From: Guillardia theta CCMP2712
Taxonomy: Eukaryota > Protista > Cryptophyta
Direction of reading: 5' to 3'
NCBI RefSeq assembly: GCF_000315625.1
Contig: NW_005434531.1
Location: forward strand, 12,933-76,932
DNA: 64,000 bases
Below, one piece after another: positions 39,030 through 50,180 of the stretch. A model generated the notes under the pieces. That model was not told the DNA's origin. It did not search any database and was given only the letters and a program-made list of their open reading frames with translations. Position numbers and translations under genes: made by a program. Numbering within the stretch: the first letter of the stretch is position 1; every line of letters begins with the position of its first letter.

Positions 39030-42000
39030 TCACTGAACCGGGGAGAAGACGCCCTGGTTTCTGTTGAGAGAGGCCCATTCTCGCTCCAGCATCTTGACCT
39101 TCACTTCAGCTTCCTTGAGGCTCCTGCTCTTCTCCTCCATGTCGCTCTTGGCGCGCTCTATGGTACGTAGACACCTGCAGCCTGTCAGCGATGAGTGGGC
39201 GGTATGAGTACTTCACATGTCAATCAGATCGCCGCCTGAGCCCTCGGATGACGAGACTCGACTAGAGACGAGGGAGGCGAGGGCCCGGCAGACCTTCATG
39301 AGGTCCTCCTTCCCGACCGCCCCCACACACGCCTTCATTCCTCTCGCGCTGCTCGTGCTCGTGCTCGTGCTCGTGGTTGTGGTTGTGGTTGGTTTGCTCA
39401 GAGCATGCGGCTGCGGCATCTTGTTTGAGGAGATCGGTCGCAAGACCTGCAGGCATCTCATCTGCGGGAGGCGCTTTACAGGGTCAGAGCTTTACCTTGG
39501 AGGACGAGGCTGCTGAGACTGGAGCTCGCTTCCAGCTGGACAGGGTCGTCTCCCTCACACTTGCCTTGACCTTCTTCGCACTCGCATCCTCCGACTTGTG
39601 TGCTCGACTGTGATCCTCGATCGTGAGCTGCTTCACCTGCTCCTCCAGCTCGCCGATCTTCTGCTGCAGCTGCTTCGCCTCCTCCCTCGCCCGGGTCTCC
39701 GCCTCCATCACAGCGTCCACCTCAGCCATGGACGTCAACCTCTCCTTCTCGCTGCGCGCCAGCTCCCACTCGAGATGCTTGACTTTGGACTTGAGCTTCT
39801 GCAGGAGAGGATCGGAGACTGCCTGCTCCTGGCCGACATCAGCAAGGGGAATCAAACTTGACATCTCAATGTTGATCAAACTCAGAGCACGCGAGAGGGA
39901 GGAGGACAGGAGCTGGACTTGCGTCATGATGTCCTCAGCACGAGTCAGCTCCCTCTGCGTCCTGCTCAGCTCTAGCTGCATGTCTGCGACTTCCTGTTCT
40001 TTGCGCGTGAGGTTGACAAACATGAGGTCGACTTCCTTGGCTGAGCTCTCGACCAGGACCGCAAGGTCCTGCATCTGCTTCCTGAAAGCCGACCGTTCGC
40101 TCTCGAGCTCGTGCTGCAGCACGTCCACACGTTTCTGTAGAGCTTCTCCTCCAACCTGTTCCTCAAACTCTAGCACCGACACACCGGCCGTCTGCTTGCC
40201 CGTCAAGTCCATCAGCCCTTGCTCCAGCGCAAAGAGAGAGTATGAGAGCTGCGCGGAACACTCTGAAAGTTCCTTGACAAGGTGCCCTACAATGAAGCCA
40301 ACAAACTCTGAATCAACCATGCTGACCGACCCAATAGAAGTCAAAGTCTTGTCGGAGACCTCCTGATGTACCAACTCCATCTCCCTCCTCGCCTCTGCAA
40401 GCTCCGCCGCTAGTGCCCCTGCCCGCTCCGCCTCCCCCCTCGCCTCCTCAAGCTCCGCCGCTAGTGCCCCTGCCCGCTCCGCCTCCCCCCTCGCCTCCTC
40501 AAGCTCCGCCGCTAGTGCCCCTGCCCGCTCCGCCTCCCTCCTCGCCTCTGCAAGCTCCGCCGCTAGTGCCCCTGCCCGCTCCGCCTCCCCCCTCGCCTCC
40601 TCAAGCTCCGCCGCTAGTGCCCCTGCCCGCTCCGCCTCCCTCCTCGCCTCTGCAAGCTCCGCCGCTAGTGCTCTTCTTTCCGTTATCACCATCACGGCCT
40701 CTGTTTTCTGCTTGTGTTCGGGTGGTTGATTGTCTGCATTGCTGGGCGTATCAGTTAGTTTTGGTTTGTTTGTTGTAGCTTTGACATGGTCGTCGAACAG
40801 TTTTGCCTTGGCGAACTTCATCTGGAGAAACTCGTTCTCAGCCTTCATGATAGAGTATTGTGCCAGGAGGCCATTAATTTGCTTCTTATATTCCATCTCG
40901 ATGCGATCGCTCTTGATTCGCTTCTCAAGGTCGCTCCTAACTATTTCTTGTTGCAATTGCGTCATCACAAGACCCAACCGCATCCCCTGCCCTTCGATGG
41001 CTCGCAACTTCTCATCAACCACGCTTACCAGCTTCAACTGCTCAGATAATTTCCGCTCAGTGATTTCCAAAGTATCCACAGCGTCAGACACAATAATCGC
41101 TTCCTGCATTGTCTTTTGCAGTTTGCACGAGTCCTCAAACTCCTTCAACAGTGATTGAAAATCAGGCTCCAATTTCCCCATCCTGCAGCCTTCCTTGTAT
41201 CCTTGCAGCTTTCTGCCATGGCAGTCAAATCAATCGCCACAGCCATCATGGTTGAAAGGTTTTACCTCTCAGAACATGGAAGAGAAGCTTGTGATGTAGG
41301 TACGGTCACCCTGACTGGCTGGAAGAGAGATGTCGTTTCTTCGAGCTCCTTCATCCCATTTTCCAGCCGGTATATACTCGATGAGATCGACGAGCCTTTC
41401 CGGTTGGCCATCTCACAATCCTCCTTCAAAAACACCCGAGTTACAATGACCCGCCGGAGAGAAAATAATTTGGTCAAAGAAGCAAGGTTCAAGATTCAAA
41501 CATCTCTATACCGCAGGCTCTTGGTGTCCTAGGCGTGGATTCATTGAGCCAGCAGTAGTCCGGTATTTTTGTATCTCTTCTTGTTGTGTTCGTAGAGAGT
41601 GCTGACATCAGCATATCAATCTTCGATCTTGACTTGCATCTCAAATTTACCTGCATGTTGTGGTATTTCTCTAGTATGTGTCGGTTCTCATCGAATTGCA
41701 TTCTCAACAAAGATTGAGCGTCGTGTTGCAACTGTTGTGATTGCTTCAATTCTTTCTTCATATCCTTCATCTCTTTCTTCTTCCGCTTCAGGTACTCCTT
41801 GTACTTGAACTCATAATCCTTTACGTGCCTCAACGTCTTGTCCAGCTTCATCTTGAGCTCATTCTTCTCTTTCTCCAGCCGTCGATTCTCCCCCCTGTAC
41901 CTCTCCAGCTCTGAAGCCAGCACGGTGGCCCGTCGCATCCAGCTGAGCTTCTCATGTTGCAAGTTCTTGATGATGTCTTCAAAGTAAGAAGAACGATGCA

Positions 42001-42436
42001 CCTCACAGCTGACCACGAGAGATGTTGGAGTCAACACCATGTCAAGTTCGCCTTCGCTCCCAGCTCCCTGCGCACAGTTTGTTCCCCATCCTTCCTCCGA
42101 TGGCCCCCGTTGCAAACTTTGAGGGTCGACATTCATCTCTGCAAGCTCGGGGGTGATGTCGCTGATTCTGGGGAAGTCTTGAGGAGAATCTGGAAGAGAA
42201 TCGCGAGAGGCGGAGGCTAGCTCCCTCCTATCTCGTAAAGGTTCCATGTGTGGAGTAGGGTGGGAAGAGACTTGTTGTATCCTTCTTGATCTCCTTAAAC
42301 TTCTTTTCTCGTTCGATTCTTCAACATTCTTTGCTCCTCTGCGCTCCGCTTGCTCCCTCCCTCCATCCTCTCCTCCCTTCTCCCGCCCATCGTCCAACAC
42401 CCGCGCATCTGCCCCTCGACATTTCGAACCAAACAA
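39030..42436 (-). CDS. Long coiled-coil protein with internal 17-aa tandem repeats, multi-exon
   Basis: ORFs 41489-42436 and 39484-41181 are heptad-rich; last exon ends ...NQGVFSPVQ* at 39030; first in-frame ATG at 42247. Confidence 0.75.
40383..40671 (-). repeat. 51-bp coding tandem repeat (ALAAELEEARGEAERAG), about 5.6 copies
   Basis: Directly visible in DNA and translation; two unit variants. Confidence 0.95.
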
Positions 42437-43457
42437 ACTTCTCTACAAACTTTCCGAGGTCAAACTTTCATTCTTAAGTTTCAGAAGTTTCAGTTCGGAA
42501 GTTCTTCCGACCCGGGGTCGGGCCGGCTGTAGTACCCCCTTCTGTTGCGCCTCTTGACCCTGGTACTGAATGACCCCTACCCCTCATTATCCCCTGCAGA
42601 ACCCCCGCATACCAACTCAATCGGAGGGTGCTGCATCCGACTCCGGGCAACAGCCACCCCTCCCCCTTCCCTGCCACCCAGTGCCGGCTCGGCACCCGTC
42701 TACGGTACCATTGAATGATCAACAGCACCCCCCCCCTCCCCCTACGTTATACTACCCACCCCACACCCACTTCCCTGTCCCAAGGCACGACCCTCCAGCT
42801 CTGTTCAAAGTTAAAACGTGGACTGGTGGGGTCATGACATATTAGTATCCCGGCGACCTAATACCAGAAAGTACCCCTCCTATTTTCTGTTTCAGGTAGG
42901 GTGATACCGCTAGACTTGAATGACCCCACCCCTACGTTTTGATGACCCACCCATGCATATCTTTTCCTCCTGTTATACCACCCGTCATGTTAGCTAGGCC
43001 CAACTGGGACCTGACTCCAACATGCTGAGTACCCCCTCCTTGAACTCAAGCGCCCAGTGCGTCACTACCGGTAGGGTAGGGTGGAAATGGTGGCGTCGGT
43101 CGGATCCGAATGGTGTAGGGAGGCAGGGAGGGAGGGAGGAAGCAGGAAGCGAACGAGGAACGACCAACATGCGCGGCATCCTTCAACTTTGCACGTTGAC
43201 ATGCTGCGGCAACTCGAATGAGAGATAGTGTGTAAGGTGCTGACTGGATGCCGGAGCAGGAAGGTGGGGGGAGTTACGGTGGGGTGACGTTGAGGAGCAG
43301 GAGTGTAGGCTAGAGGAGGAATGCATGAGCTCTTGAAGTGAGAGCTTTCAAAGGTGGGAGGACCAGTTTGACAGTGGAATCCCGTCTTAATACAATCCAA
43401 AAAATTCGATGGTTGAAATGTTTGAGCACTCATCAAATTCTTTCGCAGAAACAGGTC

Positions 43458-45511
43458 ATGGAGGCAACAGAAGGAGTTGCTCTCGAGTCAACAAAGGAGA
43501 ACGGCACTCAAAAGGGAGAGATTGAAGAAAAGAAGAATGATTCAACCTTTATGTCAGAATCGACACCTGAACAAAAGAAGGTCTCCACGAAAAGCTATGA
43601 TGCTACCAAAGCTAGCAAAGAAGAGAGAGAAAGGAGGGAGCAAAAGCACCTTGCAGCAGTTCAGAGGAAGGAGGAAAAGGAAATGAAGGCATGCACTTTC
43701 AAGCCAGAAATCAGCCGGCGTTCAATGGAAATTGTAAACAGCAAGCCTCGGCAAAGCGTCGTCTCGCCTGTGTAAGAACTAAAGTTAAACTGCATGCAAG
43801 AAGCTCTCTGATGGACTTGTTTTGCATGGTCTGGTGAATGCGTCTGCTTCTTGCAGGGAGAAGAACAGGAAATCTGAGGAGCATAAAGTGTTTGGAGGAA
43901 GTCCCACCATCAATGAAGTCTCAAGGCAAATAGCATCTCAAAAACCGCGTTCAGGGAACGTGTATGATAGATTGATAGAGATTGGAGAGGAAAGCCGTCG
44001 GAGACGAGAAAAGTTGGTATGCCCGAAATGTTTCTTCTTTGACTTTGAGTCAGAGAGGCAGAAGAGAAAGCAAAGGCTGAGTTGGAGTCAAGGTAGCCCT
44101 CACTTTACTTGTTGAGAGGTTGCTTACTCTGAGCAGCACTTGGATCCCGGAACTGAACAAGAAGTCTCTAGCCATCTTGCGAGACAAAGAACTTTATCAA
44201 ATGGACGCGGTGACAAGATTGACGGAGCATGCTTTAAAGCGCCAAATGGTGGAACCAGTACATGTTTGTGTGGTTTGTTGATTCGATGAAATACAGGAAA
44301 ACTTGAGAAAATTACAGGAAGAAAGAGAGAATCAGGTACTCCTGTCAAACTAATCAGTTGTGTTGATGATTGAAAATTCATCTATCCAGATCAGGATGCA
44401 AATGCACCCGGCAAATTCAAACGGCAAGAACAACAAGTCAAGATCGTTTTCAAAGAAAGATGTAAGATTCGCAGCACATTGGTGTTGAGTGAGATGATTG
44501 GGTCAGGGATCCCCTGACCTCTCAAGAGACTCTGAGAAGAGCCTCACTTCATTCTCTCCTACATTAGGTGAGCGCTTTTCCAACGCTCTCGCGGTTATAC
44601 ATCAGTGCTGAACTCGTACAGATGATTCTCTGGAGGGAAAGTCGGATGCGAGTCCATCGTCGAAGATAGTCCGCCCGTGATGATTTTTATCCCATGACAA
44701 CTCAGACGACTGAGAAGATTCGATGCAGACAGACAGCACCAGCGAAGCGAAGTCTGTCCAAGGCAAACACAACAATCATTCAGGCATTGCAAGATTTTCT
44801 TGAGAGTGGGGATTAAAATTATTCCAGGGAGGCAAGCACAAACAAACCAAGAATGAATTAGATTCCAGTTCTGCATCACGTAGCTACCTGAAAACAAATT
44901 TGAATGATGCTTTGTGACACCAGTTCTACCAGTCTTCGAAACGAGCCTGGAAGGAACCAATTCTTCTCAGCAACATATCAAAGGGTAAAATCCATTGACC
45001 CTCACTCAGCTGAATTCCAGTGCTAGGAAAGGAATGCAACAAGACCAGGCCAATCACGCCGAATTCTCAGAGAACAGGTAGCGACCCTTGTGCAAACGCA
45101 TTTCTCTTACTGGTGGTGATCCAGCCAAGACGTCAGCGCTCTCCAAGCCGAGATCTTGCAACTAAAAGATAGAATTGTCGCTCTTGAAAATCACTCTAAG
45201 ACCGTCGAGGAAGAGAGATACAAGCTCCTGCAGGAGAATCGAGACCTTCGAGCGAAGCTGGCAAGCGGCTGGGGTGCCAAAATGTTTCTGAAAGCTGACA
45301 GGTTGACATGCAGCATGAAAGCGACAAGGAGGAGATTAGCCGGAAGTTGTCGGAGATGACGGAGAAGTGTCAACAGACGCTGCTTGCCAACGGAAGGCTC
45401 ATGGAGAAGGTTCCTATTCGCACATGAAAGCTTCTGCCTCATCTCCTGCAGGTGAAGCTGTTGAGCCAGGCCGACTCGAACGGACAGGACGGCTCGTCCA
45501 CGACCTCCTGA
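43458..45511 (+). CDS. Hypothetical protein with repeated [TF]xPxIN/LNxxS motifs and C-terminal coiled coil (possibly microtubule-associated), multi-exon
   Basis: CTFKPEISRRS, SPTINEVSRQIA...VYDRL and WIPELNKKSLAI in successive exons; LQLKDRIVALENHSKTVEEERYKLLQENRDLRAKL. Confidence 0.6.
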
Positions 45512-45618
45512 GCTCCCTTTGCGATTCTGAGAGAGGAGAGGAGAGGAGGTTCCTTGTCTTGAGGATGCCAAGCGAAGCAGATGTCAGATGGGATTCTTTA
45601 TGATGTCAGTGAATGTTT

Positions 45619-48600
45619 TCAGAAAAGCTTCTTGTGGCCTTCGCTCGCCACAAACTCATGCGTGAAGCAGGGGCAGATCCTCTTGTTTGAAGGCTCCGTA
45701 TTTGCACTACAGCGGAAGAGCCTTATGGGTCCTGTTAGCAGGGATTGGTTGTGGAGGACGGGCAGGTCGTTCCTCACTTCAGCAAGTCTGTCCCCGTAGG
45801 CCGTTGGCTTGTTGTTGAACAAGGGTGATTTGCTTGGGTTGAGGGAGCGAGCAGCGCTTCTCCCTTGGAGCTTGTTGGGGATGCTGGCATAGATCGCTCC
45901 CCAGGTCGTGCAGACGCGACTAAGATGCTTGCAGACTGTGTCGCAATCCTCCCTGGGCCTCCCCGCCACGACCAGCACGAAGGGGGACGTGGTTCTGCCT
46001 TGATTGGCGGCAGCCAGAACAGCAGGAAGGATGATCGTCTTGTCATGCTTGCAGCTGCTGTTAAAGAAGTTCAGAGCTTGCTCGCTGCTCATGGCGAGCT
46101 TGGCGAAGAGAGACTGAGCTGACCCGTTCCTCTCCAGCACAGGCGCGTGCGGCCCCACCAGGAAGATCGTGTGATGGGCCACGTGTACCATGACCATATC
46201 CTTGTAGTATCCTCTCACCTTGCCGATGCCGCTGATGAGGCTGAAAGGATAGAGGATGGAGGCAAAGTTCGGACTTCGTCCCCTCTGCGTGTCACTGAGA
46301 GCAACCAGGTACGTCGTGCTCCTCTCCTTGATCAGGAGATCCTTGAAGCATCTCGTATGCTCGAGGCTCACCCAGACCCCATCGTGGAACTTGAGCGCGA
46401 GCTTGCGATCATACGTCTCCTCCCGCACCTCCTCGAACGCGCATGCCTTGCTGCTGACCTGGAAAGACTGCACGTCCAGTACTTGGCTCTGAATCCACTT
46501 GGTCACCGACCATCCTGAGGAGGAGGGCTGGTGGAAGACGCGGCTGACGACTGGGAACAGGCCCGACCGGCTCCCCTTGAAGATGTTAAGGAAGGGTGTC
46601 TCCCACCCTCCGATGATGGTCAGGGTCTGGATCTTGTCCTCGTCCCTGTTGGAGGTGTCCGAGACAGGCCACAGGGAGGGCGACATGACCTGCTCGTAGA
46701 CTGCTCGCGTCGTCAGCCAACCGAGGCTCATGAAGTACTCTCCTCGCTGTACGGCACACTGGAGGCCCGGGCGGATGTTGTAGCTGTTGTCGTTCCATGC
46801 GGAGACGACCATGAGGTTGGGGTCCTTGAGCATCTCACAGTAGCCGAACTCGAGAAAGGAGAGCAGGTCGTCGGCAGGGAGCAGGTCGTCTTCCAGTACC
46901 ACCGTCGCGTTCCTCGAGCACTCGGAGGGCGTCGACGGTGAGTCGAAGGCGTAGGCGAGGGCGTTCCAAGTCATGTGCACCAGCCGGTCAGTGGGGAAGA
47001 GCTTGGTCGCGTCCTTGTGGTACCCGACGTAGTTCCTACGGAAGCCCAGGCGCCGCATGATGGAGGGGTGAAAGCCGTTTGGGTTCCTCCTCCACAAGAT
47101 CCCGTACATTCGGGAGAACCACTGGACCGTCCGCAGAGTCTTGCGCTGCTTGTCCGTCATGTCCAGCTCGTTCATGCTGTCGATGTGGACGGTGATGCAG
47201 GCGGGTCGCGTCTGCTCCACCAGCTTCATCAGCGTCTTGTAGAGCAGCTCAGGTCGATCCTTGGTGATGATCTGGACGCTGATGGCCCGGGCAGGAGGAG
47301 GGGCACGTCTGAACCAGTGCGGCATGGTGAGAGTCTGGATCGACTTCTCCTTATCCAGGCACGGCGAGAACGAGTCAATGCTGATCACGCACCCAGTGTC
47401 CTCGGAGTAGAGTTCGTCCAGCTGCGAGGACCCGGGGAAATGTGTGCGCGAGAGGAGCTGGGAACAGGTCAAGCTGGATAGCCGCTGGTCTGCTCCTGCC
47501 ATCTGCTTGCTGGCCTGGACGAGGGAGAGGCGGAAGACAAGGAGGGAGGAGTCGGCGAAGTAGGCCTGGGAGGTCTTGGTCATGCCCTGTGCCAGCTGGA
47601 AGACGAACTCGTGAGAGTAGTGGAGAACTGGAGGCTGGAGGTGGCTGGACCAGAAGGAGACGTCGTTGGCGTTGACGAGGAAGCAGGAGAGCTCTGGCCC
47701 GCACCGGACGGCCGAGAAGGATCGCCGGACAGCGAGGAGCGCCTTGAGGAACTCTGAAATGTGCTCCCTGCAGATGGTGAACCCTGCTCCTTGCTGCAGC
47801 ACGTACTCGTGCAGGCACTCGACATTGTCGCAGAGCTGCTTGTACTGCCGGAACCCCACGGCGACCTGGCACAGAGTTCGGTTGACGTCATCACCATGGG
47901 CGAACGAGCACTCGGACGGATCCGGCGGGGTCAGAACGATGACATTGACCGATCCCTGGCTGTTGTGGATGCAGCGGTAGTGATGGGGGAGGGACCCTTG
48001 CTCCCTTGCCCGCATCCTATCCCCTTCCAGCTCCTCTTCCCCGTATCCCCTAGCTACAGCTTGCCTCACCGCCTCTCCATCGCCCCCTGCTATGAAGACG
48101 ACGTCGACATCCAAGAACAGCGTGTCTGCTGCTGTCACCCACTCGGCAAGCACCGACAACAGCCACTCCTCGTTGACCTCCGGCATCCCCACCAGGGGGA
48201 CGAGCACGGCGAGGGAGGTTATCCGAGACTTAACCTGCCTGCAGATCACGTCCACCTGCACTGAGCTCTGATGAATGGCTCCCAGCACGTCGAGGGAGAT
48301 ATTGCAGCCACTCCTATCGGCGACGGTGGACCGTTTGTAGTTCTGATACGGCAGCACCTCATTCATGATAGCCATTCCTTCCAAGTTGTGAAGCGAAACT
48401 ACGTTAAGGCGAAGGTCAGCATCGCAGACGCTCATGTTTCCCTGCTGCTGGCATCGTAGCATGCTCACTGAGATGTCTTTCTTGAGGCTGACAACATCAA
48501 GATCCCTTTCCAACTTTCTCTCCGCTTGCAGGATCGCACTCCTGATGACCGAGAACAGCAACCAATCAGGGCAAGGCTGGTCCTGGCTCTTTGGCGAAGG

Positions 48601-48780
48601 AGAAAGCTGTTTCATGTCCGATCTTTTGATCAAAATCTTCTTGTTCATGACTATGTAGAACAAGTTCTGTGAGATGAAGAGACCCATCGTGATCCCAAGA
48701 AGCAGGAACGATGTTTGCTTTGCTGTCGGCAGCACTGAAGCTGTCGACCTCGATATAGGTTTCTTCGGATCGTTCTTCAT
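45619..48780 (-). CDS. Type II membrane glycosyltransferase with a GT13 (GnT-I/MGAT1/POMGNT1-like) domain, intronless
   Basis: TM FLLLGITMGLFISQNLFYIVM; VQIITKDRPELLYKTL, VVLEDDLLPADDLLSF, MLKDPNLMVVSAWNDN, RGEYFMSLGW and PVVSRVFH match the GT13 motif order. Confidence 0.85.
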   Translation of the reverse strand: MKNDPKKPISRSTASVLPTAKQTSFLLLGITMGLFISQNLFYIVMNKKILIKRSDMKQLSPSPKSQDQPCPDWLLFSVIRSAILQAERKLERDLDVVSLKKDISVSMLRCQQQGNMSVCDADLRLNVVSLHNLEGMAIMNEVLPYQNYKRSTVADRSGCNISLDVLGAIHQSSVQVDVICRQVKSRITSLAVLVPLVGMPEVNEEWLLSVLAEWVTAADTLFLDVDVVFIAGGDGEAVRQAVARGYGEEELEGDRMRAREQGSLPHHYRCIHNSQGSVNVIVLTPPDPSECSFAHGDDVNRTLCQVAVGFRQYKQLCDNVECLHEYVLQQGAGFTICREHISEFLKALLAVRRSFSAVRCGPELSCFLVNANDVSFWSSHLQPPVLHYSHEFVFQLAQGMTKTSQAYFADSSLLVFRLSLVQASKQMAGADQRLSSLTCSQLLSRTHFPGSSQLDELYSEDTGCVISIDSFSPCLDKEKSIQTLTMPHWFRRAPPPARAISVQIITKDRPELLYKTLMKLVEQTRPACITVHIDSMNELDMTDKQRKTLRTVQWFSRMYGILWRRNPNGFHPSIMRRLGFRRNYVGYHKDATKLFPTDRLVHMTWNALAYAFDSPSTPSECSRNATVVLEDDLLPADDLLSFLEFGYCEMLKDPNLMVVSAWNDNSYNIRPGLQCAVQRGEYFMSLGWLTTRAVYEQVMSPSLWPVSDTSNRDEDKIQTLTIIGGWETPFLNIFKGSRSGLFPVVSRVFHQPSSSGWSVTKWIQSQVLDVQSFQVSSKACAFEEVREETYDRKLALKFHDGVWVSLEHTRCFKDLLIKERSTTYLVALSDTQRGRSPNFASILYPFSLISGIGKVRGYYKDMVMVHVAHHTIFLVGPHAPVLERNGSAQSLFAKLAMSSEQALNFFNSSCKHDKTIILPAVLAAANQGRTTSPFVLVVAGRPREDCDTVCKHLSRVCTTWGAIYASIPNKLQGRSAARSLNPSKSPLFNNKPTAYGDRLAEVRNDLPVLHNQSLLTGPIRLFRCSANTEPSNKRICPCFTHEFVASEGHKKLF

Positions 48781-50180
48781 TCTAAATGGATCCGACGGAG
48801 GATCATAACTCGAGATGAGAAATCCTTGTGATATTTGAGACAAAGAAGCCAAATTACATCTTCGCAGGAGCTCTGCAAAAGTTTTGTCAGGGAATCCTCA
48901 AGTTCATGGAGCAACACTGAACTAGAGAAAACTCCTTTACCTGTAGAATTCCAGAGTTTCTAGTTGACTTTGAGCCCTATATTGTTCATAAAAAGAGTCA
49001 GATCGATCAAAACTTGACTGTACATACTGTCATTATCATCAACCTCTCAAAGATAATTTTCAAGATGATGTTTGCCTCTCAATGCATGTCGTCCACAAAC
49101 TCTAAAATCCGTCGCTCCCAGCTCAAGAGCGCTATTCATGCAGAATCATCAATATCTTTCAAATGCAATATGTTGAAAATAATTCAATTCCGATATCCTA
49201 CACATATTTCAAACCTCTTACACACATACGGTCATCATCATCATCTTTCTTGTCCACCTTGCATTCCTAGAGCACCTTCGCTTCTCTTCACATAGACTTG
49301 AACGTCGCATATCTTCTTTTCGCTCTCTGAGGTGATCGCTTACACCATATCTTGTATTTCTCTCCTCTCCTCTCTCTCTGCTCTTGTTCCTTCTCTCACT
49401 TTCTCCCTCTCCATCTTTCATTCATCGACCTTATCCGGCGCATTCCACCCGACTGCTCGATCACCCACCCCATGTCCCCCCAATGATCACCCCCACACAG
49501 TCAGTTGATTGGGGGGTACTTTTTTCACTCAACCACGATGGGAACAACTCGTACCGCCGACCAACACTACCCAACCCCTAGCCATACCATGAAACCACCC
49601 CCTACGACTAGGTACCAATCAACTTCGCAGCAGCACCCCTATCGTTGACTACCCCCCTTTCTCTCTTTCCAGGACCCCCTGCATCCATATGAGGCAGGCA
49701 GGGAAGATTTGCCCCAAGACAGACCACCCTCTCAACGCTCAGACAAAAGTACCTACCCCCTTTTTATTAATCTCGGTTGACCACCCTACCCTATAAAATG
49801 ACGATTGTCCTTCCTACTGATTTTTAACTTAACTTTGAGTAAACATATTGACCTCCCCTACCTCCTGGCTCCCCGACGCAACTCGGAAGTACTACGGTAC
49901 CCTCGCTGGTCCCCTGTGCGATGATGAGGGAGCAGGTCGGCAAGGCTGACAAGGACCCGCTTGCTGAGGTCAAGATGCGCAGCCCGCAGAGAGAAGCAAG
50001 AGGGGGAGGGGCGAGGGCTATGGGCAGGGCTCTTGGCCTGATAGGCTTGAGCTCCATCATCATCTCGAGCGCGGTGGTGAGGAACGACCTGAGGGTTGGA
50101 GGGAAGGTTTTTCTGAGCTGTGCTTGTAACAGGGAGCGTCATTTCGATGTCCTGGGCGATATGTAGACTACAATCTGAGG

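Noticed and set aside
45774-48658. Numerous overlapping ORFs on both strands within the GT13 gene (likewise within nusG and the 39-42 kb gene)
   Set aside because: Shadow ORFs produced by GC-rich codon usage; no motifs.
49780-49802. Target-site duplication flanking the CR element
   Set aside because: Left flank (...TATAAAATGAC) and right flank (AAGGGTGG...) share no direct repeat.
49921-50166. 81-aa ORF upstream of the CR gene as a second element-encoded protein
   Set aside because: Short, with no recognisable motif; cannot be distinguished from chance without homologues.
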